From IMG/VR virus record IMGVR_UViG_3300020450_001133: a stretch of DNA of 64,000 nt. One strand, given 5' to 3'. Both the position numbers and the translations under genes were made by a program. The notes beneath the pieces are model-generated. The model saw only the letters and a program-made list of their open reading frames with translations. It made no database searches and was not told where the DNA came from. The number at the start of each line of letters is the position of its first letter. Position 1 is the stretch's first letter. Below are positions 47,173 to 55,863 of the stretch, in pieces. The stretch comes from a virus (taxonomy: Duplodnaviria; Caudoviricetes).

Positions 47173-48701
47173 GTATATACGACGAAGCCGCGGATAAGGC
47201 AAAGAAACAACTGGACGAGATAAGTCCTACAATGTGCTATGCAAAATGGTCACAGGTGTCCATGCACCTGACTAATGGTAAAACACATAGTTGTTATCAT
47301 CCGCCAACTCACAGTATAGACGTAAGCGAATTAAAAACTAATCCTAGTGCATTACATAATACTAAAGAAAAGAAAGAACAACGTGCATTAATGTTAAAAG
47401 GTGAAAGACCTGAAGGGTGTAGTTATTGTTGGAACATAGAAGACACAGGTGCAAGAAGTGATAGAGTATATCGTAGTGGAGAGTATTGGGCACAAAATGC
47501 CAGAGAAGAAATTAAAGAAGCAGGTGCTGATGGAAATATAAATCCACGTTATGTAGAAGTAAACTTTAATCAAGCATGTAACTTTAAGTGTAGTTATTGT
47601 AGTCCACATTTAAGTACAGCATGGCATGAAGAAATAGACGAACATGGACCCTATCAAATTAAAGATGGTGAGCATAACAATACCGACAGTTTAAACAAAG
47701 GCGGACTTATGCCTTTAAGAGTTGCACAAAAAGAAAATCCATATGTAACTGCTTTTTGGAAATGGTGGCCCGAACTGTATAAGAACTTGGAAGTGTTCCG
47801 TATGACAGGTGGTGAGCCATTAATGGATAGTAACACGTTCAAGGTGTTAGACTATGTATATGAAAATCCTAATGCATGGTTAGAAATGAGTTTAACAAGT
47901 AACATGTGTCCACCTAAACCAATTCTAATGGATATGCTTATTAACAAATTACAAAAAATGGAAGAGATACAAATATGGGAAGACCCACAAAAGTTTAATC
48001 CTAACAGTGGAAACAATTGGTATGTAGCACCAGCATGTAAAAACTTTTCTGTATTTGTTAGTGTAGATGGCTTTGGAAATCAAGCAGAGTATATGCGTAA
48101 CGGACTATGCTTTAAGACTCTACAGAACAACGTACAACGCATTTTAAGGGAGACGGACAACACAACTGTTACCTTTATTAATACATTTAACTTATTAAGT
48201 GTAACAAGTTTAAGAGAGTTCTTACAATGGATATTAGAACTAAGAGACCAGTATGCAAAAGATAGACAAGGTACAAAGTATATAGAAATACCTGATAGAG
48301 GTGGGCATAAGCATGACCCATATGAGATAGTACCTAAACAACGTATATGGTTTGACATACCTTTACTAAGAGCACCTTATTGGCAAAACATAGAAATATT
48401 GCCACAGTATTATCAAAGTTATTTAGAAGAAGCAATAGCATTTATGGAACTAAATCAAGCAGATGAGGATTACATAGATTACAGAGGATTTAAAGATTTT
48501 GAAATAGAAAAAGTAAAAAGAAATTTAGAAATTATGAAAGGTGGTAACAACCTTGACAGAGATAAAATGTACAAAGCAAGAGCAAACTTCTATAAATTTT
48601 TTACACAACATGACAGAAGAAGAGATACAGATTTTTTAAGAACATTTCCGGAAATGCAAGATTGGTGGGAAATTTGTGAGGAGGCAGACGCATTATTATG
48701 A
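47169..48701 (+). CDS. radical SAM enzyme 1 with N-terminal auxiliary Fe-S (twitch-like) domain
   Basis: CNFKCSYC; TGGEP; N-terminal CYAKW...SCYH...CSYC. Confidence 0.92.
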   Translation: MSIYDEAADKAKKQLDEISPTMCYAKWSQVSMHLTNGKTHSCYHPPTHSIDVSELKTNPSALHNTKEKKEQRALMLKGERPEGCSYCWNIEDTGARSDRVYRSGEYWAQNAREEIKEAGADGNINPRYVEVNFNQACNFKCSYCSPHLSTAWHEEIDEHGPYQIKDGEHNNTDSLNKGGLMPLRVAQKENPYVTAFWKWWPELYKNLEVFRMTGGEPLMDSNTFKVLDYVYENPNAWLEMSLTSNMCPPKPILMDMLINKLQKMEEIQIWEDPQKFNPNSGNNWYVAPACKNFSVFVSVDGFGNQAEYMRNGLCFKTLQNNVQRILRETDNTTVTFINTFNLLSVTSLREFLQWILELRDQYAKDRQGTKYIEIPDRGGHKHDPYEIVPKQRIWFDIPLLRAPYWQNIEILPQYYQSYLEEAIAFMELNQADEDYIDYRGFKDFEIEKVKRNLEIMKGGNNLDRDKMYKARANFYKFFTQHDRRRDTDFLRTFPEMQDWWEICEEADALL

Positions 48702-48952
48702 TAGGACAAGATTTATTTGATGCCTTAAGAAAAGGTGTGGTAACAGTAGAGTTTACCAAACTGGACACAGGAGAATTAAGAGTTATGCCATGCACTCTTA
48801 ATAATGAGATATCTGGACAGCAACTAGATATTAAAAGTTACAATACTAATGACACAATGGTAATGTACGGTTTAGATGTAAACGCATGGCGTGATGTCAA
48901 GATAGACACAATACAGAAATGGTATCCAGGATACCCACAAGATAAGGAATAA
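48698..48952 (+). CDS. WYL_2/Sm-like SH3 beta-barrel protein
   Basis: LRKGVVTVEFTK--TGE-RVM-CTL...V-G-D-NAWR---ID-I pattern. Confidence 0.7.
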   Translation: MIGQDLFDALRKGVVTVEFTKLDTGELRVMPCTLNNEISGQQLDIKSYNTNDTMVMYGLDVNAWRDVKIDTIQKWYPGYPQDKE

Positions 48953-48956
48953 CATT

Positions 48957-49280
48957 ATGTTAGACTTTGTAAAAATAAAAACTGACCTTGAATCTAGTTT
49001 TAATAGTGACATGGCAGATGGTGTTGACGTTAGTATAAATGTCAATGTGATTAATGAAGAAAACGGAAAGTTTTCAGTTAGTGTACTTGATAACAAGTGT
49101 ACTGTATATGATGATAATTTATCAAAAGCAGATATTACAGTAGGCTTTGTGGATAAAGACACAATGATAGACATGTTTACAAAAGGAGTAAATCCTACTT
49201 CACTTGTAATGAGTGGTAAGATGACTTTTAATGGAGACATGGGCAAAGGGAGATCCATCAAAGGATTATTTATGAAGTGA
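48957..49280 (+). CDS. SCP2 (sterol carrier protein 2) lipid-binding domain protein
   Basis: ADITV...DMFTKGVNPTSLVMSGKMTFNGDM signature; 107 aa. Confidence 0.8.
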   Translation: MLDFVKIKTDLESSFNSDMADGVDVSINVNVINEENGKFSVSVLDNKCTVYDDNLSKADITVGFVDKDTMIDMFTKGVNPTSLVMSGKMTFNGDMGKGRSIKGLFMK

Positions 49281-50038
49281 GAGTATTAATTTTTGGCTTG
49301 CCTGGTTCGGGTAAGACATATTTGGCAAGTCGCCTAAAAAAATATTTAGGTGACTATGCTGAACATTTTAACGCAGACAAAGTTCGAGCAGAAGCAAACG
49401 ATTGGGACTTTAGTGATGCAGGACGTAAAAGACAATCGGAAAGAATGAGTAAGTTAGTAACAGACTCTGTAAGCAATGGTAAAATTGCTATTGCAGATTT
49501 TATAGCACCGTTTAGATTATCTAGACAACAGTTTGATGCTGATTATAAAATTTGGGTAGACACAATATCAAATAGTAGATATCAAAATACAGATGCTATA
49601 TTTGAAAAGCCAACAAAGTTTGATTACAGAGTGAAGGAAAAAGATTTTAATAAAGATGCAATTAGAATTGCATGGGAGTTAGGCAGACGTGCTATATGGA
49701 ACAACAATGCACCAACAGTACAAATGCTTGGAAGATATCAGCCATGGCATGAAGGACATCAAGCATTGTTTGATAGAGCAATGGCTAAACATGGACAAGT
49801 ACATTTGATGATTAGAGATATGCAAACAGATGAAAATAATCCATATACTGCAAATCAAGTTAAAGAGAATCTCGAAAAAGAATTGAGATACAATGCAGGT
49901 AAAGTTAAAATAGAAATTGTTCCAAACATTGTAAACATAACTTATGGTAGAGATGTTGGATATAAAATTGAACAAGAGCAGTTTGATTCTAGTATAGAAG
50001 AAATAAGTGCAACAAAAATAAGAGAAGAACAAAATTGA
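49277..50038 (+). CDS. fusion of adenylylsulfate kinase-like domain and HxGH nucleotidyltransferase domain
   Basis: N-terminal P-loop GLPGSGKT, NADKVR, DFS-AGR--Q--R, IADFIAP, FEKP (CysC-like); C-terminal LGRYQPWHEGH...ISATKIR (cytidylyltransferase-like); GTG start. Confidence 0.8.
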   Translation: MRVLIFGLPGSGKTYLASRLKKYLGDYAEHFNADKVRAEANDWDFSDAGRKRQSERMSKLVTDSVSNGKIAIADFIAPFRLSRQQFDADYKIWVDTISNSRYQNTDAIFEKPTKFDYRVKEKDFNKDAIRIAWELGRRAIWNNNAPTVQMLGRYQPWHEGHQALFDRAMAKHGQVHLMIRDMQTDENNPYTANQVKENLEKELRYNAGKVKIEIVPNIVNITYGRDVGYKIEQEQFDSSIEEISATKIREEQN

Positions 50039-50562
50039 AAATAGCAATAACAGGACACACTAAAGGCATAGGCAAAGCATGTGCTGATATATTCAGCGAA
50101 CACGAAGTGGTAGGCTTTAGCAGAAGTAATGGGTTTGATATACAAGTAATAGAACCTATATTAGACTCTAGTGATGACTGTGATGTGTTTATTAATAATG
50201 CATATCATTATGACAATCAATTGGAACTTTTTAAACAACGTTATCTGTCTTGGAGAGGTAACAGCGAAAAAACAATAGTAAATATAATTAGTAAAGCAAA
50301 ATATTTAAAAGACAATGTAGACTATTATGAAAGCAAAAGAAATCTTGATGCTGGTGTAAAAAGATATCTTTTTAATCCTAGTCGTAAGTGTCGAATTATA
50401 AATGTTAATCCAGGATATGTATTAACAGAAGGAGCAGAACAAAATATTAAAATGTTTAAGCACCCACATATTACTGCTGAACAATGTGCAGAGTATATCA
50501 AGTGGGCAATAGAACAACCTATAGAAATATGGGATTTGTCATTATGGAAATTAAAAGGATAA
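50035..50562 (+). CDS. short, minimal SDR-family oxidoreductase 1
   Basis: ITGHTKGIG Rossmann motif, FINNA, YYESK (YxxxK), VNPG. Confidence 0.8.
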   Translation: MKIAITGHTKGIGKACADIFSEHEVVGFSRSNGFDIQVIEPILDSSDDCDVFINNAYHYDNQLELFKQRYLSWRGNSEKTIVNIISKAKYLKDNVDYYESKRNLDAGVKRYLFNPSRKCRIINVNPGYVLTEGAEQNIKMFKHPHITAEQCAEYIKWAIEQPIEIWDLSLWKLKG

Positions 50563-50565
50563 TGA

Positions 50566-50736
50566 ATGGAATTTAAAACCTATGAATGCATTGTTTGTGG
50601 ATGGATATACTATGAGGAACACGGTGTTCCTGAAGATGGTATTGAACCAGGAACCAAATGGGAAGATGTGCCTGATGATTGGTACTGCCCAGAGTGTGGT
50701 GTAGGCAAAGATGACTTCGACATGATAGAGATATAA
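50566..50736 (+). CDS. rubredoxin (56 aa; not in ORF track)
   Basis: MEFKTYECIVCGWIYYEEHGVPEDGIEPGTKWEDVPDDWYCPECGVGKDDFDMIEI: canonical CxxCG...W-CPxCG rubredoxin; fills the gap between the two SDRs. Confidence 0.95.
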   Translation: MEFKTYECIVCGWIYYEEHGVPEDGIEPGTKWEDVPDDWYCPECGVGKDDFDMIEI

Positions 50737-50737
50737 T

Positions 50738-51337
50738 ATGAAAAAGATAGCAATAACAGGACATACAAGAGGCATAGGAAAAGCATTAGCAGAAAGGCTT
50801 GACCAAGACAATTATGAAGTAAAAGGCTTTAGTCAAAGCACAGGATATAATTTACAACGTGTTAGTACAGTTAAAAAAGTTGTAAATGAGTGTTTAGAAT
50901 GGGACGCCGATGTGTTAGTAAACAATGCTTATGTACCAGATAATCAAGTAAGATTGCTATATACAATGTATGAACAATGGGTAAACACACCTAAGTTGAT
51001 AATTAACATGGGTGCTATAAGTAGTGACAGTATCAGCAACTTTGCACAAATGGGTTACAACAAAGACTGGACACCTTATGTTAGTGACAAAGCAAGATTA
51101 GATTGGGCATGTTTACAACTAGCAAATCAATTTAAGCCTGGTATGTGTAGAGTAACAATGATAAAGCCTGGCATGGTAGACACAGACAGTACTGCTTGGC
51201 TAAAAGGTGTAAATAATATAGAAGAGATTATGATGACTGCTGATAGTGTAGCAGAAATGATTGAGTGGGTAATAGAACTAGAGGATAATACTCAAATGAG
51301 AACTCTAAGTTTTGATGTAGGAAATTTTGATGGTTAG
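50738..51337 (+). CDS. short SDR-family oxidoreductase 2
   Basis: ITGHTRGIG, LVNNA, YVSDK (YxxxK), IKPGMVDT. Confidence 0.82.
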   Translation: MKKIAITGHTRGIGKALAERLDQDNYEVKGFSQSTGYNLQRVSTVKKVVNECLEWDADVLVNNAYVPDNQVRLLYTMYEQWVNTPKLIINMGAISSDSISNFAQMGYNKDWTPYVSDKARLDWACLQLANQFKPGMCRVTMIKPGMVDTDSTAWLKGVNNIEEIMMTADSVAEMIEWVIELEDNTQMRTLSFDVGNFDG

Positions 51338-53021
51338 AAAAGTCGGAGAGACACATAGAGAATTTAAGGCTAGGATGATTGATCCTGTGTCTGAAAGTTT
51401 CTGTGGCGCCAAATGGTACAATGCTACTATATGGCTAGGGCATGGAGGAACAACTAGTTGCCACCACCCACCCGCACATCAAATTGATTTAGAAGAAATA
51501 AAAACAAACCCAAGTGCTATTCACAACAGTAGACACAAAAAGAAAATGCGTAAGATGATGCAAGAAGGCACTAGACCTAAAGAGTGTGAGTATTGCTGGA
51601 AGATTGAAGATATGGGTAAAGACGCAGACGGCAATGAGCCTGTGTCAGATAGAGTATATAAAACTGTTATATATGAAGATAGAGATTTAAAACATATTTC
51701 AACACTAGACTCAAACTCAGATGTAAATTTAAAAACATGTGAAGTAGCATTTGATAGAACATGTCAGTTAGCATGTAGTTATTGTAACCCTGCATTTAGT
51801 AGTACATGGGTAAAAGATATTCGTACTAATGGAGGTTATCAAGGTATTAAGAGTGATGCAAGAGGACACTTTATAGATGATGCTCCGTATGCCGAGCCGT
51901 TTGATAGAGGAGAAGAAAATCCATATGTAACTGCTTTTTGGAAATGGTGGCCCGAGTTAAGCAAAGAGTTAGAAGAGATTAGAGTTACAGGCGGTGAGCC
52001 ATTAATGACTCCTAGCATATATAAATTGTTTGATTGGTTTAAAGAAACAGATGAGCCTAATGCTAAAAATATGCGTCTTGCTATAAACAGTAACTTAATG
52101 GCTAAAGAAGGATTGTTAAATAAGTTTATAGATGCTACACAACATATAGACCACTTCCACGTTTATACAAGTTGTGAAGCAAAAGGACCACAAGCAGAAT
52201 ATATTAGAGATGGACTTAATTGGGATATATGGACTAAACAGTTCGAACGATTTGCCAGTGAAGCAAGGTATGAAGGCGTACACATGATGATGACAATAAA
52301 TGCATTATGCTTAGATAGTATAACACAATTTTTAGATTGGACGTTAGAGATGAAACGTAAGTACGGACATCATGTACCAGGCATAAGTGTAAACATATTA
52401 CGTTTTCCAAGTTTCCAAAGTCCACTTACATTGCCAGACCATTTAAGAAAAATGTATCACGATGAGATTAGTAATTGGTTACAAGCAGTAAGAGACCGTG
52501 GAGAGAAATCAGAAATAACAGGTTCAGAACTTTTACAACCTTGGGAACAGGACCAGTTAAGCAGACTTATAGAATATTTAGATGTTGTAAAAACTCCGCA
52601 CAGGAATACAGCAGAACAAGACTTATTACATCATGACTTCAAAGTGTTTTACGAACAGTATGACGCAAGACGTGGATTTAATTTTAAAGAAACATTTCCA
52701 AGACTAGCAGAATGGTATGACAGTATAGCAGTTAAAGATATATCTGATGATGAAATTAATGATATACAATCACCAGACAGTCATGGTATAACAAATACTT
52801 TATATGCTAAACGTATTGTAACAGAAGATGGTGAAGTAAAAGTTGTAGAGATGAAAGTAAGAGGACGTCAAACAGGAGAAAGTGATGACGACTATGACGA
52901 TGAGAAATACAAAAACGAAGATGATTATAAACCAAATCCAAACATAAAACGTAAAGCAGGTAGCAGTATCGGTTGGGATACAGAAGTAGATGGTTTAGGT
53001 GGAGCAGTAGGCAATGAGTAA
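51330..53021 (+). CDS. radical SAM enzyme 2 with N-terminal auxiliary Fe-S domain and acidic C-terminal extension
   Basis: CQLACSYC; TGGEP; N-terminal CGAKW...SCHH...CEYC; closest paralogue of enzyme 1. Confidence 0.92.
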   Translation: MVRKVGETHREFKARMIDPVSESFCGAKWYNATIWLGHGGTTSCHHPPAHQIDLEEIKTNPSAIHNSRHKKKMRKMMQEGTRPKECEYCWKIEDMGKDADGNEPVSDRVYKTVIYEDRDLKHISTLDSNSDVNLKTCEVAFDRTCQLACSYCNPAFSSTWVKDIRTNGGYQGIKSDARGHFIDDAPYAEPFDRGEENPYVTAFWKWWPELSKELEEIRVTGGEPLMTPSIYKLFDWFKETDEPNAKNMRLAINSNLMAKEGLLNKFIDATQHIDHFHVYTSCEAKGPQAEYIRDGLNWDIWTKQFERFASEARYEGVHMMMTINALCLDSITQFLDWTLEMKRKYGHHVPGISVNILRFPSFQSPLTLPDHLRKMYHDEISNWLQAVRDRGEKSEITGSELLQPWEQDQLSRLIEYLDVVKTPHRNTAEQDLLHHDFKVFYEQYDARRGFNFKETFPRLAEWYDSIAVKDISDDEINDIQSPDSHGITNTLYAKRIVTEDGEVKVVEMKVRGRQTGESDDDYDDEKYKNEDDYKPNPNIKRKAGSSIGWDTEVDGLGGAVGNE

Positions 53022-54438
53022 GAAGATTAAACCTATCTGGTCCGGTGGTAATGTACACCCAAGTTCTCCTAACAAAGTTTTTTGTACAGCACCTTGGACA
53101 CATACATATATCAGTCCACAAAGTGAAAGACGTATGTGTTGTGCTAGTAGAGAAGAACACAAATTTCAAAAGCAATATATTGATGCAAGTAATGACGAAC
53201 GTTATGGTAAAGTAAGAGAGTCAGGAACTATAGAAGATTATAAAGAAAATATTGTTACATTAAAAGAACATTGGAACAGTCAATACATGATGGACATAAG
53301 AAAGAAACTTATGGCAGGAGAAAAGATTCCACAATGTGATGTATGCAACGACAACTTGCTTAGTCAAAGTAATTATAGACAATGGTTTACAGGATTCTTG
53401 TTTGAAGATAAAATAGATGAATGTTTTGACAGCACAGATGAAAATGGCTACACAACAATGGAGCCAGTCAGTTTTGATTATCGTGTTAGCAACTTATGTA
53501 ACTTTAAATGTCGTATGTGTGGAGAACAATTAAGTAGCAGTTGGGAAGCGGAAAAACGGAAAGAAGGACATTGGTCTCCAGAGAATCAACCTTTTATGAT
53601 TCCGGAAAACAAAAAGATTATTGAAAAGTTTCAAAAAGAAGTTGTGGAAGAAGAGTTTTGGGACTCTATATGTAGAGGCATAGTAGAAGAAATATATTGG
53701 GTAGGCGGTGAGCCTTTGATGTATGATATACATTGGAGGTCAATGAATAGACTTGCAGAAGATAATAACTTACATAAAGTTCATTTAAGATACAATAGTA
53801 ATTTAAGTAGAGTAAGATATGGTAAGCATTACTTGTACGACTGGTTACCACAAGCAAAAGATTGGACTATGTGTGCTAGTATAGACGGTATAGGAGACAT
53901 AGGAGAGTTTATTAGAACAGGACTCAATTGGGAAGAGTGGGATAGAAACTTTAGAGAAGGTGTAGCATTACCTGGTGGTAATGATAAAATGCTTATGGAC
54001 TTAACATTAACAGGCCCTGGATTATTTGGCTTACGTGAGTTTGTAGAGTATGCATTAGAACTAGATGTTAAAATAGAAACAAAGAATATGTTTGCATTCC
54101 ACCCAGACATAGTGTTTAGTTTTATGAGTTGGCCCAGACATATATTAGATAGAATAGTACGTGGACTAATAGAAGAACTTACTCCTATTATAACACCCAA
54201 GCAACAAACTTTAATTAATCAATTAAATCAGATATTAGCAACACCCACATTCGAAGAAAAGTTTCCTGATACACATGAGGATCAGTTCTTTAATGGTAGA
54301 CAATGGCAAAGAGAAATAGCCAGAATGCGTAATGACGGCGGTAATAGTGCTAGTATAACCATTGAAGAAATATATTCTGCAGATCCTGAGTTATGGGATT
54401 GGTGGAGCAGACCGGACCCAAAGCATAACTATCGTTAG
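53014..54438 (+). CDS. radical SAM enzyme 3 with N-terminal auxiliary Fe-S domain
   Basis: CNFKCRMC; VGGEP; N-terminal FCTAPW...MCC...CDVC. Confidence 0.92.
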   Translation: MSKKIKPIWSGGNVHPSSPNKVFCTAPWTHTYISPQSERRMCCASREEHKFQKQYIDASNDERYGKVRESGTIEDYKENIVTLKEHWNSQYMMDIRKKLMAGEKIPQCDVCNDNLLSQSNYRQWFTGFLFEDKIDECFDSTDENGYTTMEPVSFDYRVSNLCNFKCRMCGEQLSSSWEAEKRKEGHWSPENQPFMIPENKKIIEKFQKEVVEEEFWDSICRGIVEEIYWVGGEPLMYDIHWRSMNRLAEDNNLHKVHLRYNSNLSRVRYGKHYLYDWLPQAKDWTMCASIDGIGDIGEFIRTGLNWEEWDRNFREGVALPGGNDKMLMDLTLTGPGLFGLREFVEYALELDVKIETKNMFAFHPDIVFSFMSWPRHILDRIVRGLIEELTPIITPKQQTLINQLNQILATPTFEEKFPDTHEDQFFNGRQWQREIARMRNDGGNSASITIEEIYSADPELWDWWSRPDPKHNYR

Positions 54439-54447
54439 TAAAAATAA

Positions 54448-54478
54448 GATAAATAATAGTAGTTGTTAATAAACAACT
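54448..54478 (+). promoter_or_regulatory. putative late promoter GATAAATA followed by a 5'-terminal hairpin
   Basis: GATAAATA at 54448-54455; stem AGTTGTT/AACAACT at 54461-54478 begins at the predicted +1; AGGAG SD before ATG 54508. Confidence 0.65.
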
Positions 54479-54507
54479 GACAGAGACACATAAATTAGGA
54501 GACAAGA

Positions 54508-55842
54508 ATGGCCTCAATCGGATTCATTGGGGTGGGCAAGTTGGGACAAGCCTGCGCCGAGATGGTCGCCGAGGTTCATGATGTTGTTGGATATGATATT
54601 AATCCTGTAGAGCCTGAAAACTTTACAATGGTTGATACATTGGAAGAAGCAGTAATAGGACAAGATATTGTTTTTGTTGCAGTTCAAACTCCACATGATC
54701 CACAATATGATGGAAAGGCACCTACCAGCCATTTACCCAATAAGGACTTTGACTACTCGATAGTCATTGATGTTCTTAAAAAAGTAAATGCTGTTGCGAC
54801 TAAAGAACAATTAATAGTCCTTATAAGTACAGTTCTACCAGGAACTGTAAGAAGAGAATTTGTACCTATATTAACAAATACTCGCTTTATATACAATCCA
54901 TATCTTATTGCTATGGGAACTGTTAAGTGGGATATGGTTAATCCTGAAATGGTAATGATAGGTACACAAGATGGAAGTGAAACAGGTGATGCAAAAGAAC
55001 TTGTTGACTTCTATGAAACAATTATGCAAAACGATCCACGTTATGTAATAGGTACGTGGGACGAATGCGAATGTATTAAAGTCTTTTATAACACGTTTAT
55101 ATCAGCAAAGGTTTCTTTGGTAAATATGATACAAGACGTTGCAGAAAAGCAAGGCAACATAAACGCAGAAGTTGTTTGTGATGCTTTAGCAGATTCGGAC
55201 AGACGTATTATGGGACCAGGATATATGAAACCTGGAATGGGGGATGGTGGCGCATGTCACCCTAGAGACAATATTGCTCTACGTTGGATGGCTAGTGAAT
55301 TAAATCTAGGCTATGATTTATTCGATGCTGTGATGCTTTCAAGAGAAGTACAAGCAGAGAACATGGCTAAGAAATTAATAGCATTAGCAGACACGGAAGA
55401 AGGGTACATGTTCCAAGGCAAGTGGTGGAACACTTTACCAATTGTAATTGTAGGTAAAGCATACAAACCATTAGTGCCTTATGAAGCAGGATCAAGTAGT
55501 ATGTTAGTTGGACACTATGTAGAAAAGCAAGGATACGACTTATACTACTATGATGAACAGACAGGAGATATTCCTGCTGAAGAAATACTAAATAAACCTG
55601 CAGTATTTTTGTTGGCGCATAACCCCCAAATTACATATGGCGAACAACTAGACACAGTACCAGGATGGTACGACACACATAAAGTAACCGGAGCAGATGA
55701 GGCTCTTACAGTTGCTACAGGAAATGGGACAGAATTGTCTTTTGCAAAAGGCAGTATTGTTTTAGACCCCTGGAGAAAAACGCCTGATATAGAGGGAGTA
55801 GAAGTTATCCATTACGGTAACACTCGCAACAAGAATACATAG
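54508..55842 (+). CDS. ugd: UDP-glucose/GDP-mannose 6-dehydrogenase family protein
   Basis: IGFIGVGKLG, VAVQTP, STVLPGT, KVFYNTFISAKVS, GMGDGGACHPRD (catalytic Cys), GKAYKP. Confidence 0.9.
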   Translation: MASIGFIGVGKLGQACAEMVAEVHDVVGYDINPVEPENFTMVDTLEEAVIGQDIVFVAVQTPHDPQYDGKAPTSHLPNKDFDYSIVIDVLKKVNAVATKEQLIVLISTVLPGTVRREFVPILTNTRFIYNPYLIAMGTVKWDMVNPEMVMIGTQDGSETGDAKELVDFYETIMQNDPRYVIGTWDECECIKVFYNTFISAKVSLVNMIQDVAEKQGNINAEVVCDALADSDRRIMGPGYMKPGMGDGGACHPRDNIALRWMASELNLGYDLFDAVMLSREVQAENMAKKLIALADTEEGYMFQGKWWNTLPIVIVGKAYKPLVPYEAGSSSMLVGHYVEKQGYDLYYYDEQTGDIPAEEILNKPAVFLLAHNPQITYGEQLDTVPGWYDTHKVTGADEALTVATGNGTELSFAKGSIVLDPWRKTPDIEGVEVIHYGNTRNKNT

Positions 55843-55863
55843 AAGTATTTTTGGAGCAAAGAC

